Shown here piece after piece: positions 43,601 through 53,135 of a stretch of DNA of 64,000 nucleotides. Origin of the DNA: Phoronis australis. Its lineage: Eukaryota; Animalia; Phoronida. The notes beneath the pieces are model-generated. The model was not told where the DNA came from, made no database searches, and saw only the letters and a list, made by a program, of their open reading frames with translations. Made by a program: the position numbers and the translations under genes. The DNA lies in the NCBI GenBank assembly GCA_002633005.1, contig NMRA01000335.1, positions 124,001 through 188,000 of the forward strand, in the 5' to 3' direction. Numbering within the stretch: the stretch's first letter is position 1; every line of letters starts with the position of its first letter.

Positions 43601-46600
43601 AACCACTTTCCACTATTTTCTTGGCCTTTTTCTGTGTGGTTTTCTGTCCTTTCAAAAGGCGGCAGCACATGACGACCATAGGTGTCATTATAAAATGGCT
43701 GCCGAAAACCAATGCACAGTTGAACAACTCGGCTTAAGTAAAAGAAAACGTTTGAATCAACGAATACTATATATTTGTGAGAGTTAAATCAAGTCCTATT
43801 CAGATCATAACTTTGAAGTGGAATAATTGGGTGAGTAAGACAACAAGCCGGTTTTATGCTTAGGCGGACGACTATAGGGTTTCGGAGTGTATTTCAACTG
43901 AGTCAGGTGAATATGAGGCAAAGGCTAGCGCGAGACTTAGCAAAGCGCGTGACCTGGCACGCGACACTTGAAAATAGCATGGAAAGGTATCAAGTGAAAT
44001 TTGTAAGATTTGTGTCCCTTGGACTTCTTGTTCGTCAATAGTCGTGATTTCACCTAACTTCCTCAAAATGGCGCACTGAGAGAGAAACTCGAGCAAACCG
44101 CAAGATTTTCAACTATATGTTCAAGTTATTTGCTGACTTAATTGTATCCAGAGTCATGGTATGTGTTAATTATAACTCCATATGCATATATGCATGTTTT
44201 GTTTGGTTTTATTTGCTGTATTTTAAAATGAGTAACTTTCTATGGGGATATACCTATATACTGTCGCCCCTGTAGGCTATACCTGCGGCAGTCAGGCCTA
44301 GTCGACACGGTCGTGTTCCAATTTCAGTTCATTGACAGCTTTGCACCAAATAGCAAGTTCACATTTTCTTCGTCCATTCACAGTTATTCCACAATCCATC
44401 TACCATCTCTTAAGCTGTATTAACGTTTTAAGCGTACAATTCTCCATAAGAACTCCAGTAAGATTTAGAGTGTGTAGCTAAGATTCTCTAAAACGCTCTG
44501 AGGTGGCGGCGTTTTACAACTATTATTAAAATCTCTTGGTCCATTTACACCGACCTCTTATCTATTTACACTGTCACGACGTTTCGGTCGGTCTATTCTC
44601 CGTCCATCGTCAGGTGTTCCTACGTTCTTAGAAGAACGAGCACGGATATGTGGTATACTCATGGTGTGATTTTTTGTCCGAGGCAGGATTTGAACCCACG
44701 ACTTCTGAAACTACAAATAATTCGAGTGCAGCACCTTAACCACTACACCTTGGATGACTCCGTCGTTCGAGCTCCCCGAGCCCCCTCCTCCCCGGGTGCG
44801 CGTATGAGCTTGGCTGGCTTTTCCCTGTTTTTTTGCAATTAAGGCATTCAATTCGGCAAGTTTGAAAGCCAAAAACTCAAAAAAGCAACGCGACCAAATC
44901 AAATCAAAAACCTACCAACCATACAAATGTCGATTCCGGCAGAGTGTAATCGTCTAGCTGGGTGCACGTATGTGTTTGGTGATTAATTCGAATCATATTT
45001 CCGTGCTTCCGTGAAATACAAACGGGGAATATAGCTGTGTGTTGTACTTTTGGATTTGTGATTTTTTCAATTCTAAGCACACAAAACGCTTGTTACTCCC
45101 CGCCAGTGGCTCGGAACACGATCAGGCCCGTCCCGGCCGCCGGAGCTGGACATGGCGAACATAAACCAGCGTAAGTTGGAAACTAAACCTCCAGTCACGA
45201 AAAGACTATAATAGTGAGCCAAAGAAACAATGTGCACGTAATTATTTAGGTGAATTAACCACGAAACTGAAAATCTACTTACTTGCCGGGGGCCGCGAAG
45301 TCAGGTTCCCATTCCACAGAACCGTCAGGACAAAGGTTGCATAGTAACAATGATTTGAATAATGTATTTGTATATCTAATTCCCCTAACATGTGACCATA
45401 GTATATAAAATTGAAACAGAAAGGAGAATAATAAACGTCTACATGGCAACTCGCCCGGCGTCAATCCCTACTTAGTTGAGAGCTCATCCGACGAAGACTT
45501 CACTGGTCGGATCGTTAGGTTTCACAGTTCGAACCGGAATACACTGATCAAGAAATACTAGAGAGGCGCAGTTAATATGCACAGGCATCGGAACGTATGG
45601 ATGGTTCTTTGGTAACCCGGAATTCTTCAGAGCTAAGAACCAGTAAGACTGGTTCATAGGTCAGAGAAATTACTGTCGACGATATGCCGGCCACAGATAC
45701 GGAGATGTTTCACGGCCTCATACTTGCTATTATCTGCGTACTTTTCACTTCCTAAGAATTTCGGGCTCTCGAGGAAGTCAAACAAATGATATACCCGCTT
45801 TCTTTGCAGCTTCATAGTTCCGACAAGCGGAAACGTTGCACCGCAATATAGCGACATTCACTCTGCAGATGAACCACTGACGTCGCTGCGTCGTTTATCA
45901 ACTTCCTCACGGGTTAACGCGACACCTCTTGGCAAGGTGACATCGCCGTATAAGAGGCGATGTGGATATAGACCGATTAAGACGGTAAAAAAGCCTAATT
46001 AAATCGGGTGGCATTCTCCTTTAAAGTACATGTCAACAATTTTGAACCCATGATTTAAAAGACTAGTACATATGCACAAGTTTTGGGCAACTTAAAATGG
46101 GTATATCTGTGCTAATCACTTAATCAATATTTATTCTGACGTATCTAGAGTACTCGGATTCATGTAGTAGCTCCCTTTGTCGTTTAGTATTTTTTCTTTG
46201 AGAAAAAGTTTTTTTTCTTTTTTCGTCACGTTTATCCAAAGTAACGTTAATTCCTCATTCCAAAACAGTCTGTTTGCCTTAATTTTGTCAGATTTTTATT
46301 ACAACTACATCTTAAATGTAATTCCATTTCTGTTTTTATGATTTCGCCGAGAGAGTTTAACTTATATATCTCATCAACATCATATTTTCTTTGACACTCA
46401 TTTTCTGACATTAAAAGCATCTCTCCGATCCCTTTTTGTTATCTATGAATTCACTAGGCATAGAATTCAATTTGAACCGCTTTCTAAATCGCATATCAAA
46501 AGATTTATCCATACCGTGATCCTCAACATTTTCTTCATTGATATTCACTAGTTAAACGTGTAGCACAATTTCTAACAATAATACACCGTTATCAGACTGG

Positions 46601-49600
46601 CTTTTCCGACAATAGCCCATGTTTGTCAGTTACCTCTGTACAAGCGTACACGTAGACGTCAACTGAAGCGACTCATAGGGGACAACAAAGTAGCCTACAA
46701 CAGCTCTTTCCCTTTGACTTAATGAGGTAAAATTATCTTTACTTACATGTATCTCTTTTCTACCATTCACTGTGCAAGTTTTAGAGCCGAGAAAAAGTCA
46801 TTCCAACTGCTAACATGACTGTTTACAGCTTTATCAATTACGATTCGACACAAGTTACCCAATCTCGAGTAAAAATCACCACAAATGATGTCATCTGCTC
46901 TTACTGCATGTATCTGCGTATAAATATAACTGGCATGATAGATGGCAATAGAAACTATCTGCATCACAACCCCTTGATGAATTCTGAGGTGGTAATAAGC
47001 AACAAAATAATACAATAATACATTATATATGAGTTAGTCTTAAAGCTAATATACCGTACCATACGATTTTTCAACAATATCGATTTTAAATGTTTTACGC
47101 AAATCATTCTTAACAAATATTCCCGCCCTCGGCCCACCCGAACCTCATGGGTCCCGCTTCTTTGTATTCTGCCTATTGTGTCCGTGCTAACAATTGCCTG
47201 GCAAGGTAATAGATTTAGTTGAATGTAAATGAATGCCTTAATGACTTTGCTCATCTGAATACCCACAAAAAGGCATTCATGAGAAATTATCCTAACATCT
47301 TTTTTTCACACGATGCAACCCACGAATCAATTCAAACGCAAAGTACTGAAAAACCGACTCTCGTTCAACGTACGAAAGTGCCTACAAAATAACACAACTC
47401 ACATTCAGTCTCCTCAGCTGGGGGCGAAACAAAATGACTGGGAATGGAGATGAAAATACGTTATGGCTTGAAAAGTTACACTTCTCGAAAAATCAATAAA
47501 GCAGTGCGTACACATAAATATGTGAAGAATTTCATGTATTTTTTGTCTACTGAAAGTCTCGTGAACCAGCGTGACGAGAAAACAAATACAATTATTAATT
47601 AAGTGGCAAAATTTGTTTACATGATGTATGGCTAGTGGCGTGCCAGTGGAGGAAAGATGACAGATGCTCCGCAAGCAGAACTCATTGGGATCTCTCAAAT
47701 TTCCGGGGCCCCGTTGTCATTAATTTTTGGCAACCGCCCTGTCAAATTCGCAACCACGATTGCATCTAATTTTCGCTGCTCCTGCAATTTTCCTTTTCGC
47801 GTCCCTATAAATTGGCGCCCTGACTACTTGACAGAAATGCACCTCAACAAGTTTCCAACGATTGCCCGCAGGGTAATTTTTCGTGTGTTCAATAGATTTA
47901 ATTCTTGAATTAAATGTAGTCCCAGTGGCGGATCTACATTTTTGTAATGAGGTTCAGTATTCGCACCCGAAGCGCGAATCGGAGGCGCGTAGCGCCGTGC
48001 GGGCGGACCCCCCTCCCGTGCAACAGATTTTTTGTTTTTGTAGTCAAATAGTGCACTTTCCATGGATCCTGGCGAGCTTGTGGCAGTTAACGTGTCTCTG
48101 GAGTTTTTCTTAAGATAATTTAAAACCCCTCTCGATTTTGGCGCAGAAATTGAAAAAAACGCATCATCTGAAAACGTTTCCACGGAACCTGAAGATACTG
48201 TAAACCGTGGTGAAAAGATATACATGTACAAGACCAGTTTGCCGAGAGACCAAAAGTACACTGAGAGTAAATAGCTACACAAATAAGCTGGCCTGGTCCG
48301 TCGCGAGACCAACAACACACTATGTAAAGTATTTGAATTGAAAACTGCTCCCTGGACACCTTTTGATCCCCAATGCTTGCTCATACGTGTATTTTATGCA
48401 TCTTCCTGTTACTCGTTGACAAAACTCGGTGCACATTCAATCAAACAATGCTAACAGAACACGCCTTGGGTTGCTCTGGAGAAAGCCTTTAACGACCAGT
48501 GGCGAATCTAGCCTTTTCGTTGTTTCGTAATACATGACCATCAGTGGTAACCCAGCAACCCTTTCCTCTGACATAGTAGCCCTCAAATGTGTCTTCACAG
48601 GCCTCAGCTGACACAAAATGATCTCTCTGTCACTCAAAGGGTCCAATAGGCGATACACACCCTATCAATGTAAGCCCCCTGACGTTTGGGAAGAAGTCAG
48701 CGTCTGCGGTCTCGAGTGTGGAATGCAAGTTACTTGGTAGTGAATTCCTCTCGACTTTGATCATTCCAGAAGGATCGCCAGTGTCGGGGTTCTCGTCGAA
48801 ATAAGAGCAAAAATGTTAATATAATAATTTTTTTATATTCCTACGGGCGTTACATAGGGCAATCAGTAAAATACACCGTGTTAGTCAAAATGCCGACAGT
48901 CAGAAGGGAGTCAGTCACTTTCAGGGAATCTGGTGATGACAAGTCCATGTCCCAGAAATGTAGCCGATTCTCCAGTGAACCTAAGTCTGCATCCCTTGTT
49001 CTGCTAATGGCACAAGAAATGACAGCTTCCACTTGCTGTCTTTCGAAATCTTGGTGGTCAACTGCTGTGCATAGTTGGGGAACTAGGCGGACTGCTTCTC
49101 CTGGCTCGATGACACCTCGCTGACTGGATGTACTATGGCCTATGCCCCCGCTCCCCCAACTCAATTAATTTAATTTCTATATTCAGTGGGTGATAGTTTG
49201 TTGTTCCTCCAAAATGGGTCATTAATATCACACCTTCAGTCAAAAACCAACTTATGGTTTACTTCACCCATCATAAAACCTGGTTCATTGTTTTCCTTAC
49301 ATAGGTTAGTTAATATACTTGAGATGTGACCAGTCGATCGTTATTGCTTCAGACCTGACCGACCATAAAGTTGCTAGTCACGGAGGGCTTAGTAGCAGTC
49401 GCCATTCACATCGGCACAAGTCAAATGCATCCACACGTACTTTCCCGTCCATGATAAGACCATGTTTAGAAAATTTCACGCCAACAATCAAGGGATTTAG
49501 GAGAGAGAGCGGTGGACGCGGCTTGGCGAGCGAACGGACGGACAGAGATGATGGCAATATTACAGAGTACCATGTACTTTGTGTGGTTTGTGCGTGTGCG

Positions 49601-51598
49601 TGCGCCTTTGCGCCCGCGGGTATACATGTGTAATTTATTGTGTAGCTGAATTGAATCGTAGGTGAAGCCTTGGGGCGTCAGTAACTAATAATGTAATCTC
49701 GTTCAACTGAAGGAGAAAGACACCAAACGTAGCCAGACACCATGCGGTCTTTATGCTACTAGAAAACCCAAATTCTGTTCATTTTGAAGACTGGTCCCTC
49801 GTCCCCGGCCAGGTGAAGCGAAGTAATCGACCAAAATTAGACTTCCGCGTTTAGTTTTAGAATTCACTGTTACTGAAGAAACATTGACATTGCCTGACCA
49901 GACGATCAAACACTGTAAAACAATAAAATCAAAAACGTCGGCGTTTCCATACTACCGTAAACGTTCGGGTTAACGCCCACGCTCAGTGAACCGCCCACCC
50001 TGGATTTTTTGAAGTTTCACGTTTAAGCACCCATGTCTGGTTAACCGCCCACCCCCGATTTTTTGGGTTTGCCAATTTAACCGCCCAGGGCGTTAACCCG
50101 AACATTTACGGTAATCAGATTAGACTCGGCGACATCAGTGTTCAGTCAACGCAAGTGCATGAACCGGGGTGCAACGTCGACCAAAGGCTTTCACGACGTT
50201 TTAAAAATATTTAATGAATATTTAATTGACACCGTTACCACATCTCATGGTCATTAGGTGTGCTTGCTGAAGTGGAAAATGCCGCACATTTATCCTATGC
50301 ATCTGTGATGCAAGCAGTTAACGCCCAGTTAAATGTCATATACATTTATACTGATATCTAAACTAGACCAAGGCTGTACTCGAAATCGACTCTTGTTTTA
50401 AGCATTCTCCGTTCCACTATAATACAAACTCAAAATCATTGTCTACAATTCTGCGTTTGCGTATAATGTGGTTTACATTATCCTGTATTTTGCACTTGAC
50501 GATCCCAATATGAACTCGAAAGCTCTAGTTTTGCTCGAAATTTCGTATTTCTACTCGAAATTTTAGCTAGAATCTAGGGGTCACCAAGTGTGCACTTGAG
50601 CTGGACGCTCGTCTGTGTATACCATACTTCAGAACAGAATGGCAGTCATCTAGTTCTCAAAAAATTCGAGTTCGATTTCGGGCAAAAAGATAAGACCCCG
50701 GGCATAGATATCAGCATGTCTTCCCGAATAACGGCAAACGCTTATAGCAACTTGGAGAGTTGCATGTTGTATAGATACATAAATTTACCCACAATTACTA
50801 TTAGTACATTTGTTTCTTAGACTATGCAAGCGTCTACATTGAACAAGCAACACAAAGGCATACACACAGATAATCCTACAAATTCCCTTTCAATAACACA
50901 GCGGCTGTCAGCAGCGAGCAAAGATGAACGGGAAATAAACATATTTGGATCTACTATTTAATTTTGAACTGCCAGAAATCATCAAAATGGACTAGAATAA
51001 TACTTCTATAACAAACGCACAAACATAAAACAATCAAATAACGTTCGTAGTTCAGGAAGTCTAAATGTTTGGGTACAGAAGTTGGTACTAGAACTGTAGC
51101 CGGAGGTGAGACGGGTGTGCACGCACCCCCACCAGTTGAAGTACAGTTGGGCCCCCCGGCGTGTAGGCTAAGTATTTTGGATTTTTACTCACGACTGGGG
51201 AGTTGCATTTATTGATTGCAACCTTAGTAAAAGTATATGTACCGGTAACAGTAATCATTCATCGATCATATCGAGTCATTTTTTCTACGTAAATATTTCA
51301 TAAGCCCAGAGAATATTTAATGTTTTTAGTGTAACATTCAACTGTTTGAATGGCACCAGTGTCGCTGGTCTACCCCTGCCGTAATTCGGGGATAGAGTAA
51401 CGTCTGGATTGGACATATCGCCAATCACTGAAAACTAAACAACGCCATATGTATATTTTATTCCGGAACGCTTTTACATATTTTGAAGGATTTATTACGT
51501 CTGTGCTGAATCTTATTCATAGCGTCATTCTTTGCAAATATATTAAAATGTTAAGGAAGACACTCCACAAAATCATAGCCGCTGTTGACTTACCGCAT
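1422..51598 (-). CDS. Polycystin-1-like (PKD1/REJ family) receptor gene, 5' part (whole spliced span; continues beyond left edge)
   Basis: About 22 exons join in consistent phase with GT-AG sites (6184 nt, ~2060 codons). Order: WSC-like domain (CEALC...FAGLSSSRRCFCG), PKD repeats (WKFGDG, HTYSNPG, VxASNxVS), REJ region (CVKNC, NGPPVNGSC, LPPG). The four 5'-most exons are tentative. Confidence 0.9.
1851..2492 (+). mobile_element. Interspersed repeat, copy 1 (inverted, split copy at 42272-44290)
   Basis: Colinear similarity over ~640 bp, e.g. gaattctttgccaaagtcacct, ggagttataattaacacatacca. Confidence 0.85.
3561..3708. mobile_element. MITE with ~40-bp TIRs, AAAC TSD and palindromic core
   Basis: ctatggtgggccgttgaggggaaagtgtcgccg ... 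cggcgacacttcccccccaacggcccatgatag; aaac on both flanks. Confidence 0.8.
4379..4407 (-). CDS. Polycystin-1-like 29-nt micro-exon (VVSPRVVALQ)
   Basis: Strong pyrimidine tract ttttcctcttcctag and CAG|gtaagc donor; supplies the phase 1 to 0 change needed between neighbours. Confidence 0.7.
4452..4519. mobile_element. 68-bp MITE (CATRGGCGGCGC TIR), family of 35669-35831
   Basis: cataggcggcgc ... gcgccgcccatg; shared gggggctatagc core. Confidence 0.75.
4890..5130 (-). mobile_element. Decayed non-LTR retrotransposon fragment (post-RT region, RTE-X-like)
   Basis: YGAEIWGF...LENVY and, frameshifted, GV..SCSNSAVMGECCRMP...VKYWFKI..M; motifs typical downstream of LINE RT domains. Confidence 0.65.
5864..7095 (+). 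mobile_element. Foldback THAP-containing DNA transposon remnant (Kolobok-type right end)
   Basis: ~225-bp inverted arms 5864-6089 and 6786-7010; frameshifted THAP from ATG 6045 (MPRRCCVPEC...FPEEDTLRRTW...RVC...LRKGTIPSL); ends gcct|TTAA. Confidence 0.75.
7609..7777 (-). CDS. Polycystin-1-like exon (VTGDADVSKIAGPDDP...YNVSNK)
   Basis: ttttgtag acceptor, open frame, G|gtatat donor; phase 0 in, 1 out. Confidence 0.75.
8850..8965 (+). mobile_element. tRNA-derived SINE head
   Basis: A box tagttcagtgg, B box gttcgaatcc; no intact cloverleaf. Confidence 0.6.
9317..9475. mobile_element. MITE with ~30-bp TIRs
   Basis: ccagcctcccgttcagtaacgctaggacct vs reverse complement ccaggcgtgcgttcagtagacgctaggacct. 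Confidence 0.75.
9538..9671 (-). CDS. Polycystin-1-like exon, REJ (DIPQ...ILPPG...FFHVK)
   Basis: tttcag / AAG|gtacgt; LPxG motif typical of REJ. Confidence 0.85.
11289..11486 (-). CDS. Polycystin-1-like exon, REJ (NGPPVNGSC...GVAFKTRF...C...D..PIVY)
   Basis: Matches REJ pattern NxPPxxGxCxxxxxxGxAxxTxF; tttcag / G|gtaatg. Confidence 0.9.
11713..11909 (-). CDS. Polycystin-1-like exon, REJ (WSLYREN...YALVLRAY)
   Basis: ttccag acceptor, phase 2 in, 1 out. Confidence 0.85.
12090..12195. repeat. Degenerate (ACCATT)n simple repeat
   Basis: attacctttaccgttaccattaccgtagccattact... Confidence 0.7.
12287..12385 (-). CDS. Polycystin-1-like exon, REJ (CVKNCQHQVDKGKPFSV)
   Basis: CxxNC motif; cacag / AG|gtgagc; absent from ORF track. 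Confidence 0.85.
13472..13637 (-). CDS. Polycystin-1-like exon, REJ (LVSEV...PRKPPVIILE)
   Basis: attttag / GA|gtaaga; phase 1 in, 2 out. Confidence 0.85.
14732..17644 (-). CDS. Polycystin-1-like 2913-nt exon: tandem PKD domains plus start of REJ
   Basis: 1015-aa ORF with repeated PKD motifs (TVTASNHVS, WYDGT, DFDDG, WKFGDG, HTYSNPG, LTVSNKVS) and FHWLCKR; ttgcag acceptor, G|gttggt donor. Confidence 0.95.
18995..19102 (-). CDS. Polycystin-1-like exon (GTKVNFTFLTGDGS)
   Basis: PKD GDG motif; atctag / G|gtaggt. Confidence 0.85.
19309..19414 (-). CDS. Polycystin-1-like exon (RRVEVEDPIQGL...ITQG)
   Basis: PKD linker VEDPIxGL; ttccag / G|gtatgt. Confidence 0.85.
19972..20165 (-). CDS. Polycystin-1-like exon (TTNRTFLV...FPRNGLFTLKVQAS)
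   Basis: PKD-like strands; gccag / GAG|gtaagt; phase 1 in, 0 out. Confidence 0.8.
22590..24640 (+). pseudogene. Kolobok transposase C-terminal exon remnants
   Basis: LGIFNLLILMYSGKRFA/SQGLVYRLTRILLAIKEH (22590-22747) and FNKKSRRWLSILVKASKSYD (24520-24620); frameshifts and stops. Confidence 0.75.
23211..23357. mobile_element. hAT-type MITE nested in the Kolobok element
   Basis: TIR cagtgctgtagtgg / ccacttcagcactg; perfect 8-bp TSD ctcaagaa. Confidence 0.85.
26205..28206 (-). pseudogene. KolX (P2X7 C-terminal-like Cys-rich) remnant of the Kolobok element
   Basis: WCPCHRCQEMPT/EIKVCCG...CIS (26955-27050), DFQVFCLEK, HQAYRNFILGQHGHLGRHV...SCVW (26250-26435); candidate first exon ATG at 28206. 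Confidence 0.8.
27356..27703. mobile_element. GC-rich MITE nested in the Kolobok element
   Basis: cataggtggatttagggg ... cctcgatccgccaata; taatt on both flanks. Confidence 0.65.
28500..29310 (+). mobile_element. Interspersed repeat with internal GCCAAATTTCA sub-repeats (related copy 51700-52200)
   Basis: Shared gccaaatttcatgaaaa and cagaat.cgtcaa.tccgta; end acagagatga.ggcaatatt also seen at ~49540. Confidence 0.6.
30891..31464 (-). CDS. Polycystin-1-like exon (IVQPICGPGTSYC...VEEPIANV)
   Basis: Long open frame, caccag / G|gtaagg; ends in PKD-type strands and linker. Confidence 0.85.
32558..32754 (-). CDS. Polycystin-1-like exon (SVRYKMDP...FHYAGYISEL...YTVK)
   Basis: tttcag / AAG|gtgaga; phase 1 in, 0 out. 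Confidence 0.8.
33838..34000 (-). CDS. Polycystin-1-like exon (VLENTDITSQLICP...FTDGG)
   Basis: ttttaag / G|gtaagt; phase 0 in, 1 out. Confidence 0.8.
35669..35831. mobile_element. MITE, CATGGGCGGCGCA TIR
   Basis: Perfect 13-bp TIR, taaat on both flanks. Confidence 0.85.
36270..36520. mobile_element. ACTCGAAA-rich MITE family remnant (see 56627-57033, 50375-50702)
   Basis: aactcgaaactatt, gtgaactt.ag, atttcgag shared with the 56.6-kb copy. Confidence 0.55.
36726..36967 (-). CDS. Polycystin-1-like exon (QQVHEYDNLSVSI...GLHRIYVDAKD...IQ)
   Basis: cttttcacag / CAG|gtgagt; Ig/PKD-like strands; phase 1 in, 0 out. Confidence 0.8.
38416..38549 (-). CDS. Polycystin-1-like exon, WSC-like second half (FAGLSSSRRCFCG)
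   Basis: WSC signature AGL..xxCxCG; tttcag acceptor; phase 2 in, 1 out. Confidence 0.8.
39104..39218 (-). CDS. Polycystin-1-like exon, WSC-like first half (CLNGTY...GCEALCVSRHYPNF)
   Basis: CxxxC of WSC; ctacag / AG|gtttgt. Confidence 0.8.
39796..39829 (-). CDS. Tentative polycystin-1-like small exon (VIQLGQQVCCT)
   Basis: ttgtag / T|gtacgt; phase fits the chain. Confidence 0.5.
39917..39968 (-). CDS. Tentative polycystin-1-like small exon (TTVSSLYGIAEVVCVAS)
   Basis: Good donor gtgagt; acceptor cgcag chosen by phase, and an alternative acceptor at 40049 is possible. Confidence 0.45.
42272..44290 (-). mobile_element. Interspersed repeat, copy 2 (inverted relative to 1851-2492), split by a nested insertion
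   Basis: 42272-42529 and 43889-44290 rejoin to the reverse complement of copy 1. Confidence 0.85.
42530..43888. mobile_element. Nested non-autonomous TIR element, GTAT TSD
   Basis: Imperfect ~26-bp TIR agtccgattacctctcgtcgtcagtc / actccgaaaccctatagtcgtccgcc; copy 1 shows the empty site. Confidence 0.75.
44520..44758 (-). mobile_element. tRNA-headed SINE/retrozyme-like element with hammerhead motif
   Basis: tRNA-like head 44758-44676 (A box tgtagtggttaagg, B box ggttcaaatcc), hammerhead core downstream, TTTT at 44531-44528. Confidence 0.7.
44573..44618 (-). ncRNA. Minimal type I hammerhead ribozyme motif
   Basis: cac CUGACGA u GGACGG-agaauaga-CCGACC GAAAC GUC gug. Confidence 0.7.
45283..45384 (-). 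CDS. Tentative polycystin-1-like exon 2 (GIRYTNTLFKSLLLCNLCPDGSVEWEPDFAAPG)
   Basis: Strong donor AA|gtaagt; phase 2 in and out; short hydrophobic stretch may be a weak signal peptide. Confidence 0.5.
45480..46020 (-). mobile_element. Truncated Kolobok-like end with decayed THAP ORF
   Basis: TTAA|AGGAGAATGCCACC terminus; ORF 45857-45654 MSLYC...LFDF...LRICGRHIVDSNF. Confidence 0.6.
47923..49165 (-). mobile_element. hAT transposon 3' remnant with dimerisation-domain fragment
   Basis: QLRPVKTHLRATMSEERVAGLPLM...LDSPLVVKGFLQSNPRR (48437-48620); terminus cagtggcggatctac. Confidence 0.8.
49953..50113. mobile_element. Tc1/mariner-type MITE (TA|CCGTA ends)
   Basis: TIR taccgtaaacgttcgggttaacgccc / gggcgttaacccgaacatttacggta; internal accgcccaccc repeats. 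Confidence 0.85.
50375..50702. mobile_element. ACTCGAAA-rich MITE family remnant
   Basis: tactcgaaatcgac ... ttcgagttcgatttcggg...aaaagat. Confidence 0.5.
51594..51598 (-). CDS. Tentative start exon (ATG CG|gtaagt) of polycystin-1-like gene
   Basis: ATG with purine at -3 directly before a consensus donor; phase 2 matches next exon. Confidence 0.35.
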
Positions 51599-51699
51599 TT
51601 CTTCCAATGATGTCAAATTTAAGGACTGTCCTATGAAGGTCGTTCTAATGAGTCATCAGGTCAGGTAACAAGAGCAACGCAGAGCATTGAAATAAGACG

Positions 51700-52200
51700 A
51701 CAGTACCACAAACGGTGTGCTCCTACCTGGGTGTTTTCAGTATCAAAATGACCATTAGATGGCGCAGAATGCGTCAAATCCGTACGAATTGAGATGGCGC
51801 CCTCTTTGTAATGCACAACTATTTGCCAAATTTCATGAAAATTAAGCCAAGGAACTCCTAAGATGTAGCTGCAAACGTAAACAAACAATAGCCATCTCTA
51901 TAGGGGCCTATCTGCTAAATTTCGCAGATTTTCCAAGCGGGTAGGGAGATGCAGCCAAATTGCCCTTAGAGAGCGTCAGAGTAGTTGGTAACCTTTGAAA
52001 ATCAGCGTCAGCCACGGTCTTCACATCAGGAACACAACTGTCAATTTTCATAACGATCCTTTGAGTGGATTGGCAGATTAAAAGACTAACGTCAAAAGCG
52101 CACGAAGTTTTTAAATGGCCACAAGGTGGCGCAGAAACAAACGAACCTGTCCGAAACTGAGAAGGCGTGGTGCACCCACATGTAAATATGTGGGCGCACA
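51700..52200 (+). mobile_element. Interspersed repeat related to 28500-29310
   Basis: Shared sub-repeats gccaaatttcatgaaaa and AGRTGGCGC motifs. Confidence 0.6.
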
Positions 52201-53129
52201 TCTAGCAACCTTCCTCTCCAAGGATCAAATTTACCGAGCATCTTTTTAAATATTAATTGTAAACTAATACATACGTATATGTGTAGGCCTATGCATGTAC
52301 ATGTACATGTATGTATGAATGTATTGATGGATGGATGTATCATGTAAACTTACACATATCAAATTATTGCCAAATTACCTGACGGACGTTTTTTGTACAA
52401 GAAAAATTACACAAATTTCGAGTTACGAGATCTCCGTAACTTCCACAAAAATGACTTATCAGTTGTCACACGAAACTTAAAATAAAATATCCAATTCTTA
52501 AGGACTTTCCCCCCATACTTTTACCGAGGCCTTTTAGCCCAAACATGAAATCAAATCCACGATATAATCTTAATAAGCTTTATGCGAACTTTAGTTCAAG
52601 GTTTCTACTAGTTCGTCTGCTTTGTACACGACTAAGTAACCAACCCCTCAATCCCACAACAGCCTAGACTGTACTCCAGCACACAAGCCTCCGATCTCTG
52701 TTGTCCTAAATCGCTGCCAATAGTCATCCAACGTTTTGTTGCTTTACACCATTATGATTCTACAACTCCAATTTACGTTATGGGTAACCTTAATTTTTCA
52801 CCATGTCTAAATAATTACATATTCAATAGTTGGGTCAAATTGGGCGACAAGTTTTCCGGTTTCTGCTGCGCAGTTTTGACAAAGGCATGTACAGACTCAT
52901 ACGGTTTTTTCAGAGACCAATATTAATGAGAACTAAACGTTTTCAATTACAAAATATTTTGAACTTGAACAAAACCAATGTTTCCACTCCAAAACATGAA
53001 CCACAACAATGGCTTTCAAAGAGAGCACTGCGTGGGTCATCAAGGGGATAAGAAAATTAAGAGGGTCTGTTTGACACCACTTTCAATTTAATCCAAAAAT
53101 ACAATCCCTTAAATGAACAATTGTTAGGT

Positions 53130-53135
53130 TTTATT
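53130..53135 (-). terminator. Candidate eIF3L polyadenylation signal AATAAA
   Basis: AATAAA ~770 nt after the stop, followed by T/GT-rich sequence. Confidence 0.45.

Noticed and set aside
44676-44758. Functional tRNA-Ser(CGA) gene
   Set aside because: Acceptor stem mismatches, shortened D-arm junction and 11-nt anticodon loop; treated as a SINE head
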